A DNA stretch of 64,000 bases, taken from Anolis carolinensis. Lineage: Eukaryota. Below are positions 13,001-25,600 of this stretch, one piece after another. The notes under the pieces were generated by a model that saw only the letters and a program-made list of their open reading frames with translations, was not told the origin of the DNA and did not search any database. The stretch lies in the NCBI RefSeq assembly GCF_035594765.1, contig NC_085845.1, positions 126,310,897 to 126,374,896 of the forward strand. Reading direction: 5' to 3'. Both the position numbers and the translations under genes were made by a program. Every line of letters starts with the position of its first letter. Position 1 is the first letter of the stretch.

Positions 13001-16000
13001 TCAGTTTCTTAAGATAATCATTTGCAAATCTCCTTGAGTCATTTGCAAACCTGTGTCAGCTCTTTCATATTCTGGCAGATGATGAAAATGTTCCATTTCA
13101 GGAGCTTGATGTTCAAAGAGATAGGGAAGGAAGAACAGTTTTCGTGAAAGGCAAGATAAATCAGGTTAAAATAACATTAGCTGTGATATATGCACCGAAC
13201 AGAAACACAAAACAGTATATATTGAATACTAAAAAGAAGCTGGATAATTATGCGGAAGGGACATTGATTTGGGCAGGCGATTTCAATTTGGACTTAACTA
13301 AAAAAAATAAAAAAGCAATAGATGTAAATAAGCTTAATATGGTGGATGCGCACGCAAATCAAAGTATTAGGGATACTTTTTATTCAGCAAGACATAATAA
13401 ATTTAGCTGTATAGATTATATCTTACTAAATAAAGCAAGCAAAGCCCAAATAAAGAAGGTAGAAAGGAAACCAATATTTTTGTCAGACCACAGTCCTCTG
13501 ATTGCAACCTTGGGATTGAGTAATGAGATTAGTCAAAGAATTTGGAGATATAATTCGGTGGTAACAGAAAAAGATGAATATAAATTGAAGCTTCAGGAGG
13601 AGATAAAAGAATATTATAGAATAAATGATAATGGAGAGTTATCTAAAACTGTGGTGTGGGACTCATTTAAAAGTGTATTAAGAGGTCAATGTTTTAGTAT
13701 TGAGTCCTACATAAGGAAAAGTTGGAGAGAGAAAAGAAAAATGTATAAAAGAAATTGAATCAATACAAGAACAATTGAGAATAACAAGGAGAAGAAATAT
13801 AAATAGTATATTAAGGCAGAAAAAGAAAGAATTGGAATTAATGGATGAGGTGCAATGGAACAAAATGAGACAGAGTGTGAAGCAACGAATTAATGGATGG
13901 GGTACAAAATCAATGAAACAAATGGTGAGATATTTAAAGAGGAGAAAGGAAAAGTCATGTATAACAAAACTTAAAGATAAAAATGGATTGGTGAAAGATG
14001 GAAGAAAGGAACTCGAAGAAATAATGAGAGATTTTTACAGGGAGTTGTACCAAAAAGAACAGGTGAATAATGAAGAAATAAAAATTGGGAATAAAGTAAA
14101 TGAGGAGGATAAAATTATGCTAAATGATGAAATAACACAGGAAGAAGTAATTCAGGTAATTAAAGGACTGAAACAATATAAGGCACCTGGTATAGATGGA
14201 TATACAGCAGAATTTTATAAGACCTTTATGCATGAGTTGGTACCATATATGGCTGAAATGTTTAATGAGGTATATATGAGAGGTATTGTCCCGGAAACAT
14301 GGAAACTTTCTGAAATTATTCCAGTTCTGAAGCCAGATAGACAACCGGAGCTCCCAGAATCATATCGTCCGATCAGTTTAGTAAACCAAGGTTATAAGAT
14401 ATTCATGAAAATCATAGCAAATAGATTGGAAATTATTCTACCAAAGATTATAGGAGAAGACCAATATGGATTTGTTAAAGGGCGGAGTATCAATGAACCA
14501 ATAAGAAATGTTGTGAATGCGATTTGTCATGCGACAAAAACAAAAAGAAAATTGTCAATTCTAAAGTTAGATGTGTATAAAGCTTTCGACAAAGTAAACC
14601 ATGAATATCTGTATAGATTATGTAAAGAACTAAATTTGGGGAATAATTTCTGTGAAATGATTAAAAATGTATATAGGGAGAATACGGCTTGTATTAGAGT
14701 GAATGGACAAAGAACGGAAAACATTCAAATTGAGAATGGGACCAAACAAGGTTGTCCATTATCCCCAATGTTATTTGCTCTGGTAATGGAACCCCTAGCA
14801 TATAAAATAAGGATGGATGAAACATGGGAAGGGTATAAGATTGGGAGGAAGGAGGAGTTGAGATTGAACCTGTATGCGGACGATGCAATAATTTTAACAC
14901 AGAGACCAACGTTTGGTCTTCTGTTTGTTCAACCTCATGATGTGGACAAACTGTTTGGAGAATTGAGAACTGCCACCACTTCTTCTTTGTTCCTTAAGAT
15001 TTGGGAAGTTTGCAAGGATGGGGTTTACGATATGGGTCTAGGTTGTTCCAACCACTCTTTGCTCAGTCACTGGCGTTTCTGCTGTGTTGTGGGTTGTGAA
15101 AGGGCATGCCAGCGTTCCTCTTTATATCTTCTAAAATATACATTGGAAGAGACCTTATTTTGCAAGAGAGGGAGTAGAAACTTGCTAAATGGAGTTTTCT
15201 TTCAATCATTGTTATAGATAGAGAGATGGTTTTCAGTGGTTTTAAATTTTCAAGACTTATTTCTCCTTTTTTGTGGCACATCATCAACTGGCCTGACAAT
15301 TCATTTTTTCCTAAAGTTCCGTTCTCTGGCTACATTAAGGTTGAACACCTCCCTCCCCCACTTTGTCTACTCTTTTCAATGGTATTAGAGCATAGCCAGT
15401 GTAGTGTAGGAAGCCATTGTGGTGCAATAATTTGAGTGTTGACTTTGCCCCTGGAGACCAAGGCCTGAATCCTCACTCAGTCAGGGAAATCCATCATGTG
15501 ACTTTGGCCAAGTTTCATTATTTCGTCAACAGAAGAAAGCTGTGGATGATTTCCTCTAAATAAATCTTTCTAAGAAACCCTGTGATAAGTTTGCCTCACA
15601 ATAAGTTTGCCATAATTTGGAAATGATATGGAGATAAACAATAATAAATTAAAGGGATAAAGGTTCTTAGAAGCTTAATAGCAGGATATGCCATTGTTTA
15701 AGGCAGTGATTACGTATATTGTTTCTTGTGATCATGACAGGAGTGATTGTGTGTATGTTTATTTTTGTTGTTTTTTAAAAATTTGTGTGTGATGGGTTTG
15801 AGTATTTGAACAGGAGCAGAGAGCAAGAAAGAGTAATTTTGAACTCAGTTTAATAAAGTAAGCCATCATGCAACAAGCATATGTTTGACTGCAAACCTTC
15901 TTAGAGCCCAGCAACGCACCGTCAAGGTGCCTAAGTAAATAACAAGTGCATCTCCGAACAGGTTTTCTTTTCCTTTTGTGGTTCCCAGTTGTAAAAATGT

Positions 16001-19000
16001 TTGCTAATTCCTTGGCACAGAATATTGGGTGCTCCTGTGGGTTGGGGTTGAATGGTAAGTTTGTAAACCTGTACTTTGCTGCTGTGCAAAATGATACACT
16101 GTTAAACGTTCATGACCAGCTCTAAACGACTTTTCATGCTACTCTAATTGCAGTGTGACCAAACAGAAATGAGTTGAAGCTGGTGTTACTGCCATGCTTG
16201 ATAGAAACAGCATTATATCAATTAAAGACAATTAAGGCATTATACAGATGCAGTGTCAAGAGTCTCTTTTTAAAATACACGAGAATTTGGAATGTGTGTA
16301 AGATTTGGTTGTGTTCAAAGGTGTTTTCTCACCGCATATCATGCTCCTACAATAGATTGAATGTCTATTGTTAACAGATGGAGCATTCACTGTCTCCTGC
16401 CATATTTTGGCTCTGTATTTGGTTTCAGGGAAGTCTTATCTCATTGATAGTACTGTGTTCTCCATCAATAGATATTACAGGAATGTTATTTAGTGTGCAT
16501 GCTGCTTGACACATATGGAGTGCTTGTTATCAGATATGACCTGCACAAAGACCAGAATACAAATTTATCCTAACTGCAAAGGCTGAAACAAAGAAACTAG
16601 CTCAGATTGGGGGTCCTGGTATGGAAAGACACAGATCAGGAACTCATTTCCTTCCTAGCTGCAAGAGAATGTATGATGTTCCACTTTTGCATTTTGGCTG
16701 GTTTATGAAACCTAAGCTGGATCTACACTTCCATATATCCCAGGATCTGATCCCAGATTACACTATGTAACAAAATTTGAAATTTTGTCTTTCCTGCTTT
16801 GGATGTGTTTAATTGTGCAGTATTTACTTTGAAAGTACAGTAGAGTTCCGGTTATTCGACATAAACGGGCGGGCTGAATGTCAAATAACTGGAACTGATG
16901 GATAATAGGGAGGCCCTATTATCCCCCCCCCTCCCCCGGCAAGCTGGTTTAGGGAAGCGCCCCGTGCGCGTTGCTGCCTAGCAACGTTGGGCACCTCCCA
17001 AGTGGTGAGAGCTTGCCGGAGGGATGGGGTTCGTCCCTACAGTGAGCACTCGGCTCAGGGAAATGCCCCAAGCATGTTGCAGCCCAGCAACGTACCCGAG
17101 GTGCCTTCAAAGTGGCGAGTGCTCACCAGAGGGATGGGGCTTGTCCCTACGGCGAGCACTTGGCTTAGGGAAGCGCCCCGAGCGCGTTGCTGCCCTGAAA
17201 CGCGCCTGGGGCGCCTTCAAAGTGGCGAGTGCTCGCTGGAGGGACGGGGCACATCCCTACAGCAAGCACTCGGCTTAGGGGAGCGTTGCTGCCTAGCAAC
17301 GTGCACGGGGTGCCTCAAAAGGGCCTGGCACGTTGAATAATACAGTAGGTTGGATAACTGGAAGTCGGTTAACCAGAACTCTACTGTAGTTGTTTATACT
17401 CCAGATACTTAGTTTCTGTGCCTGCCACAAACTAGTACAGTAGAGTCTCACTTATCCAAGATAAACGGGCCAGCAGAACATTGGATAAGCAAAAATCTTG
17501 GATAATAAGGAGGGATTAATAAAAAAGCCTATTAAACATAAAATTATATTATGATTTTACAAATTAAGCACCAAAACATCATGTTTTACAAGAAATTGAC
17601 AGAAAAAGTAGTTCAATACACAGTAATGTGCTGCAGGATGTCTCACAAAAACAATGTTTTTGCAGTTTAATAAACTTGTTCCATGTTTTTATGATAGGAC
17701 CAATTAGGAAATGCCATTTATCACCCTGGAACAGAAATTGCATTACATAGTGTAACCTGTGTTGTCGAAGGCTTTCATGGCCGGGATCACAGGGTTGTTG
17801 TATGTCTTTCGGGCTGTGTGGAACATGGCCACACAGCCCGAAAGACATACAACAACATAGTGTAATGCTTATCCCAGGTTATCTGGCAGTTTAGGCTCTA
17901 TAATCTAGTTCAAAGCAGGTAATCTAGGATCAGATCCTGCGATATAGGCCAGTGTAGATCCAGTTCTAGACTCTTTTTTCATGTTGAAATGTACATTAAG
18001 TTCTAACTGTTTCTTCCTCGTTTTTATTGTGCAGTTTACTAATAGGCATGGCCAGATCAGAACAGTATGCAAAACCAAGCCTCAGGTAGCAAATGATGTC
18101 CCTAGTGGCCACCATTTGAGAGTTCTTTGTTCTTTAAACATCCATTCCTCTGCATTGGAGGCCAGAATTATGCATGTCACACAAACTGTCTTGGGCCGCC
18201 CTGGTGCCTTGACAGTTGTGAATCCTGTCACATTTCCAGTGTTTCAGAGTTCATAGCCTGTCAACATATCTTCTGTACAGGAAATAGCAAGTGGGTGCCA
18301 TTTTGCATCAAACAACAAAATGTCTTGGGGCAACTTGGCATCTAGAAAGTATTTTGGTATATACTGAAAGCCTACAATAATACAGATTTGACCTGTTCTT
18401 TATAAATGCATCTGAAAAATAGAAGGGTTTTTTTCTTTCTTTCCTAGAGGTGGTTGTTCAGGGAATAAAAGGGAATGACAGAAACATGCCTCAGCTCTGT
18501 AGACCAGGACTTTGACAAGCAAAATAATTTGCTATACAGCCTTAAGCAGCCCGTAAATAAATCAGAGATTTCTTTCCAGGAAGCCTAGGCACTATCATTG
18601 CCTTAAGCAGCCTGGATGTATATGGGGCTAAGGGTTGGTGGGAAAAAATACCTAGTGCAGTTTTGGCTGCCTGCCTTAAACATTAGTATGAGGAAAAGGC
18701 AGAGTATAAGAAAGATTAGCAACAACAGCACTAGAAATAAACCTTTTTATGATATTTTATTTATGGTAGATCATATATCATGGAAAGACTATGTTGTCCC
18801 TATATGTCTGTTTTGATGGGGAATACTTTGCCTTTATCTCCCATTAGGCTAATAAAATACATCTATACTTGTATGGAATGTGTATATTCATTTTGTTTTA
18901 TTTTGAGAGATGTACTGTTCTAAATTGTTGTATTTCTGTTTTTGGGTTTTCTTTAGAACAGAAGAACCACCTCCTACTCAGCAGCCCCCAAAAGCACAGA

Positions 19001-22000
19001 CACAAGTCAATGGAACAGGTACATTTGGCTTCTTAATGATGCTTTTAGTGACTTCAGCCAAGTTTACTCCACAAGCAGAAAGGAACAGAGAGGAAAAACT
19101 TCTGATTAATGAGTGAGCAGACAGAAATATTTATTGGAATGTGTGTGGTGCTTTCAGTTAATACTGATATGTAGGAAATGCAAGACCAAATTCCAAGCTG
19201 CTAGGCAAAATGTATAAAATTCTATGACCTTTTTAAAAATGGGTACAAAGAGAGCTGGATGAAGACATACCTATATTCTCATAATTAACCTCATAAACAT
19301 TCTTGAATTAGTAAGCATCTACATGGGAATATTTTGAAGCCATCCAATTTGGCAGCCACTAGATGTGCTGGGCTAAAACTCTCAGCTGCAGTGGTTGGAG
19401 TAGGCCATTTTATTCTTCATGCAACAAAATGTGACATTTTAGTTGTCCAGAGTTCTTGTTGAATTAACATAAACTTATAAACCTACAGTGTAGGCAATTT
19501 CTAGCACCCGAAGAAGTCTACACAGTGCCCCCAAATTTCAGTAATGTTTACAAAATATTTCAAAGGTCACTGGGAAATTTGACTTATTTCTGTGATCTAT
19601 ATCTTTCTCAGTGCCTGTGTAACTAATGTTTACAGAAAAGCAGAGTCTGGATAGAAGAGACCTGCTGATATGGCCCACCTTCAAAAGGCAAGCAAAAAAG
19701 AAGCAATTTTTATTTTACCAAATAGTTGTCATCAGAGATGGCTTTAAAGCAGGAATTGCATTTCTGTTAAATTGTTCTCGTCAGACTCTCTGATGTCCTT
19801 GACTGCTGCATATTTGCTGTCTGCAGCTTTATAAACAGTGACTCCAAGAGAAGGAGGATGAAGGAGGAAATGTCAGCTCAGACCAAAATGCTGGCCTATC
19901 AATATTTTATAATTATAGTACTTTGATACCACCTTACTGCCATGACTCTGCTTCACAGAATTCTGGGATTTGTAGTTTGGGATGGCAAGAAAACTGATGA
20001 TATAATTTAGTAGAAGTGCTGTGGATGAATGAATCCTTACAAATATGGGCCATATCCTGGTGTTGAGGTTTCTAATCCAACATTGTGTAAACATGCTAAA
20101 AATCAAGATATTGTCAAGAATATTTATGGGACTACTACGTCAGGCTCACTGCACATTTAACTGCATTGCAAAGCTGTTTAGAATTTATACCTATATAAAT
20201 TTCTTTCCCTGTATATCTAGCTCCCCTTAGCTGCCTCCTTAAAAATGTTTAAATCCTCTCCTGTGTTATTTTTGTTGGAACATCTCTCTTTTTCTATCTG
20301 GCCCATTTCCTCCCTGTTTTTCAAAACTTTGTTCTATTGAGACCCTGCTTTTCTGTAAACATTGGTTACATAAGCATTGGAAAATAACATGTTTCCAGCA
20401 CTGTTCTTGTCATCCCTAAAATAAAATCTGAAGGTGTAAAAACAATAACAGTCTGAAATGTATGAAGTGGTTTGGTATAATGATTGTGAAATGTTCTTTC
20501 ATTTACAGTTTTAAGTAAAATGTGATAGCACTGACTGTACTCTCAGGTTTATTTTAACTGTTCTACAAATAACGTTTAACTGGGATTTTCCATGATGTCT
20601 GAACTGGCAAACTACTTTTTCCAGTTGAATAGCAAATCAAACTCCAAAGCAGCTGCTTGAAATGGGTGTGCAAGCTGGGACTTGTGCTAACTGGCATGAA
20701 ATTTGAGTTGGCAAACGGTAGGTAAGGCTATAGTTTTGCACTCAGATGCCGATGCAGCACAGAGACAGAATGAAATTCTGAAGCAAAAGCTAAAAGAACA
20801 AAAGGAAGCAGAGAAGGAAATCCTAAATCATTGTACATTAAGATTTTAAAAGCTATTGCTAACCAAATCTCTTCATGACCTTTGAACCGAATCAGATATG
20901 GGAAGCAATTTACTACATCATTCATTGGTTCATAGTATTTATCAATTCCCAGCCCACCAGGACCCTGACAGTTTGTAAAAATATTACATTAATGAATAAA
21001 AACATTTTAAAACAGACTAAAATATAATTTAAAAGCCAGATAGTTATAAAAGCAGGATTAAAGTCCACGAAGAACAATGCAGCCTTAGTTGCCTACAAGA
21101 AAATCATTAGGGATGAAGCTAGACGGGACTTCTCTTGGGTTGGAATTGTACAGTGGGAGTGATGCTACCGAGAAAGCCCTGTCACAGGTATCCATCATCC
21201 TAACCATTTAATAGGCAACAGGACATGCAACACGATCATCACTGAGGATCTCAAAAGTTTGGGTAACCTCATGAAGAGGATATCCCAGGCCACAAGAGGT
21301 TCAGGACTTTGTAAATCAAAACTGACCTCCAACGTAAATCTCAAGTAAGAGCTATTCTTCCAGACTAATGATATACAGTAGGCTGGAGCAAATTTTTCGT
21401 TAGTTCGTTAAATTCGTTTAAAATTCGTTTCGTAATTAATTTTGAATTGATATTGAAACATCTGCTCACTGCCTTACAAATATTACGAATTTGAATAATA
21501 AAAGTACCTTTTTTCGTTTGTTTCTGATGTCTTCGGATCGCCCCCCCCCCCCCCCCCCCCGGGACCACACCGGCTCAGTAGAAGCCTTCCGCGAAGCAGG
21601 GAGGGAGCGAAGAGAAGAGAGAAGAGCCATGCCTGCCTGCGCTTGGCCTCCCTGCCTCGCCCTGGAGCCGCCGTTTGGTTTTGCTTCTTCAGCCAGGCTT
21701 AAAGGGGAATACCAAAACCACTGGCTTGCCTTCCTAAATGGAATCCTTAGAGCCAGAGGATATCCCTTTAAGAGATATCTCCACTGAGGAGATCTCCCGG
21801 AAAGGATTCTGGCACCAGCTCAATTGCAACAGATTCAGTGCCATGTCATGTGAGCTGTAGTTTTATAAAGTCCCTAGCCTTCCCTGCAGAAGAGAGCCAG
21901 TACCATGCCAAACTACAACTCCCAGTTTTCTGTCAAATTGTTTTGGATTTCAACTCCTACAATTCCTAACTCCAGACATGGGCAAAGTTTGCCCTTGCCT

Positions 22001-22635
22001 GGAATAGAAGCATTCTATTCTTCTCCAGACATGCCAACAGTATTAAGTGATAAAATCTTGGGCATTTTTTCCTTTAATGCTAAAAGTTCATAGGTTGTTC
22101 AGCAACAGCCTACTGGCTGGGTTGCTATGAGTTTTCCGGGCTCTATGGCCATGTGCCAGAAGCATTCTCTCCTGACGTTTCACCCACATCTGTGGCAGAC
22201 ATACTCAGAGGTTTTGACGTCTGTGCGAAGCTAGGCAAGTGGGGTTTATATCTGTGGAAGGTCCAGGGTGGGAGAAAGAACTCTTGTCTGTGGGAGGCAA
22301 GTGTGAATGTTGCAATTGGTCACCTTGATTAGCATTGAATAGCCTTGCAGCTTCAAAGCCTGGCTGCTTCCTACCTGGGGGAATCCTTTGTTGGGAGGTA
22401 TTAGCTGGCCCTGATTGTTTCCTGTCTGGAATTCCCATTTTCTGGGTGTTGTTCTTTTACTGTCCTGATTTTAGCTTTCCTGTAGCTAAAAATGCATATA
22501 AAATTGATTCTATAGGGAGGATCAATGATTGGATTTCAACTCCTACAGCTTAGCTTTCTCTGCCAATAATGGTACCATACCAAACTAAAGCTCCCAAGAT
22601 TCTGTAGCAGTGAGCCATCTTGGATATTGTAAGGG

Positions 22636-22688
<53 letters not shown>

Positions 22689-25600
22689 GACCTTGCTCCC
22701 AGGAAGGTGCCTTCGCTGTGGCTCCCAACTTATGTATCTACCTTTCCACATATTCTCCACATTGTGTGTATGTGTATGTATATTATATATACATGAGCCC
22801 CGATGGCGAAGTGTGTTAAAGCACTGAGCTGCTGAACTTGCAGATCGAAAGGTCCCAGGTTCAAATCCCGGGAGCAGAGTGAGTGCCCGCTGTTAGCTCC
22901 AGCTTCTGCCAACCTAGCAGCTTGAAAACATGCCAATGTGAGTAGATCAATAGGTACCGCTCTGGCGGGAAGGTAATGGCACTCCATGTAGTCATGCCGG
23001 CCACATGACCTTGGAGGTGTCTATGGACAACACTGGCTCTTGGGCTTAGAAAAGGAGATGAGCACCAACCCCCAGAGTCAGACATGACTGAACTTAACGT
23101 CAAGGGATACCTTTACCTTTACCTATACACACACACACACACACATATGCAGGGACACAGTATATATCACACACACACCAATTTAACAAAGTTTCAGCCA
23201 CAAAAACAAAGTTTCTGAAGTAGAACAATGACTTTCACAGTAAAGACAACCCAATTTAACAGGAAATAAGACTTTCAAACCAGGAACAGATTTCTGCAAT
23301 TATTAAAAAATGGTTATTATAAAAGGTATGAAAATTCGCCAAAAATCAGAGGATACGGGAAACGTTCCAAATTTTGGTGAGCTATCAGTGTTAAATGTGT
23401 TCTACCACTGTACCAAGTTTGAAGAAGATCACTCAAAAAATGAGGGCGGGAGAGTCCTGTAAAATCTCCCCTCGTGCTGGTTTTTTTTTGCCACTGCGCA
23501 TGCGCGTCCGCCATTAACGAATTACTTTTGAAACTAACAAATTTTCGTTAATTTCGAATTTTTTGGGGGGCAAAATTCGGAAATGACTTCAGAAACGAAA
23601 CGCTGGCGCCCCCTACTTTTGAAACGAGTTTAGAATCAATTTTTTCATGGATCGCTCAAGCCTAATATACAGTATCTCAAGTGTACACATGCCAGCTATC
23701 TGGCTGCTACATTTTGCATTAATTGTAGCTTCCAAACACTGCAGAAATGTAGCATACTGTAGAGCAGTGTTTTCAACCTGTAGGTCCCCAGATGTTTTGG
23801 CCTTCAACTCCCAGAAATCCTAGCAGCTAGTAAACTGGCTGGGATTTCTGAAAGTTGTAGGAAAAAAAACCTGGGGACCCACAGGTTGAGAACTACTGCT
23901 GTAGAGTGTATTACAGTGGTCTCATTGTGAGGTACTTTTAAAACATAAACCACCAAGGCCAGATCTCCCCTTTCTGAGAATAGGGCACAGATGACATACC
24001 ATCTGAAGCTGGGCAGAGTCACTCCTAATCACAGGAGCTCTATCTGGCCCTCTAATAACGGCACCGAGTCCAAGAGCAGCCCCAAACTACCAGCCTGGTC
24101 AGTGAGAGAGAGTGAAACCCTATCCAGAGCAGGCTTTAAGACCAATCCCAAATTGATTTTCCTCCTGATGAATAGACTTTACATCTCATCTCCATTCTGC
24201 TCAGTTTATTCCATTTATTTTTTCCGTGTGTTTGCATTTTAAATGCTAATGGAAAGCAATGCCCTTTTTTCTTTGGCCCTGCACGTGATCTTAGCAAAAA
24301 GGTCAAGAAGGTAACCAGAGCTCCACAACCCCAGCCCATTTATTTTTGTCTTTTTTTGATTTGTGTGAACAATATTATGTTTTCTATTTTTATTTTTAAA
24401 AGGTATAATAATAAAAACTATTATCTTTAAAAAAACCCACAGTGGGATGATATGTTGCTCTAAGATGATCCGCCCCACTTTCCGCAACTCATTTGATGAG
24501 GTCCCATATGGTCCTTTTTTGTGTGTGTGAACAATATTATGTGCTTCTTTTTTTAAAGGTGTAATAATAAAAACTGTTATCTTAAAAAAGCCCATAGCGG
24601 GACGATATGCTGCACTATGAAGATGATCCGCCCCCCTTTCTGCAACTCATTTGATGAGGTCCCATATGGTCCTTGCACCTTCCAGTTCTTAGATTCTGTG
24701 GTTATCTGATTTTATGTATATTCAGACAAGGAAGAAGTAGTGGGCGCAATACTTCCTGCTCTTAGACCAAATTGGTTCTGTGATGTTGTCTCTTAGCCAA
24801 ATCTCTTTGGTTACCTGGTGTCACAAAGTCTAGACAACTGTGGGAAGCTTTGTTCACATCGTGGATTGGATTTATATTTCATGTATTTTATTGTATCATT
24901 AAATATTATTGATTGTAAAAAAAGAAGGTAATATATTGATAACATAAATAGCACAGATCACCTGCATTCAATTCTTTGTCCCCAGTGGAGTAAAGCCATT
25001 GCCTCAGTGGTAAACAAGCATTAAATTCTGTTGATTCACTAGGTGTGCTTTACTTGGAAATAAGGCTGTTTTAGAGGTATTCTTGTTCTATCCCATTTTG
25101 CAATTGCATCATTAGTTTAACGGAGAAATCCCGGTTCATGCCAGAGATCATGAGAGAATCAGGACATAGCATCTGGAAAGACATTGGGAGCCAAGGCTAA
25201 CAGAGCATTCTTCTGTTCATCACTGGGCACTTAACTGTACTTTTTGGTACTGATTCTTCATTGAAAACAGCTTACCACATAGCACAACTGATAGTACAAG
25301 TTCGCTTGCCAGCTGAAAATGCCTGCCTGTGCTATAGAATTATTGCTTGCGCCTGTAGTTTTGAACTGATCCTTGTAAGTAACAAAATGTAACACATTTT
25401 TGTCTTTAGATAAACGCAGCCACATGGTATGTTCAAGAGTTCAGAAATGGGTCTATGACAAATTTGGGGAATACATCGAAGACTTCAGATTTCAGCCAGA
25501 AGAGAACACGGTTGAAACGGAAGAACCGCTTAGTGCTAGAAGGTAAATCATATTGGATGACCTATTGTATCATTATATAAATTAAATACAGAAAGCCACA

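Larger units (their letters stand above)
16761..17752. mobile_element. CAC-terminated non-autonomous DNA transposon (Chapaev-like)
   Basis: TIRs CACTATGTAA / TTACATAGTG; tta/taa flanks. Confidence 0.6.
16715..17965. mobile_element. PIF/Harbinger-like MITE hosting four nested insertions
   Basis: TIRs CTGGATCTACACT / AGTGTAGATCCAG with extended inner symmetry; 3-bp TSD CTA. Confidence 0.7.
21379..23664. mobile_element. 2.3-kb composite non-autonomous hAT element
   Basis: TIRs TAGGCTGGAGC / GCTCAAGCCTA; perfect 8-bp TSD ATATACAG; TTCG/CGAA subterminal repeats. Confidence 0.85.

Noticed and set aside
13775-15217. 480-aa ORF as a host or domesticated gene
   Set aside because: It is L1 RT truncated after YADD plus chance read-through; it has a non-ATG start and a frameshift upstream.
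15860-16060. ATG|gtaagt donor at ~16054 as an alternative first exon
   Set aside because: Phase incompatible with the next exon; no promoter evidence.
16946-17320. Regular repeats as a CRISPR-like array
   Set aside because: Eukaryotic context; whole units repeat with no unique spacers; lies within a MITE.
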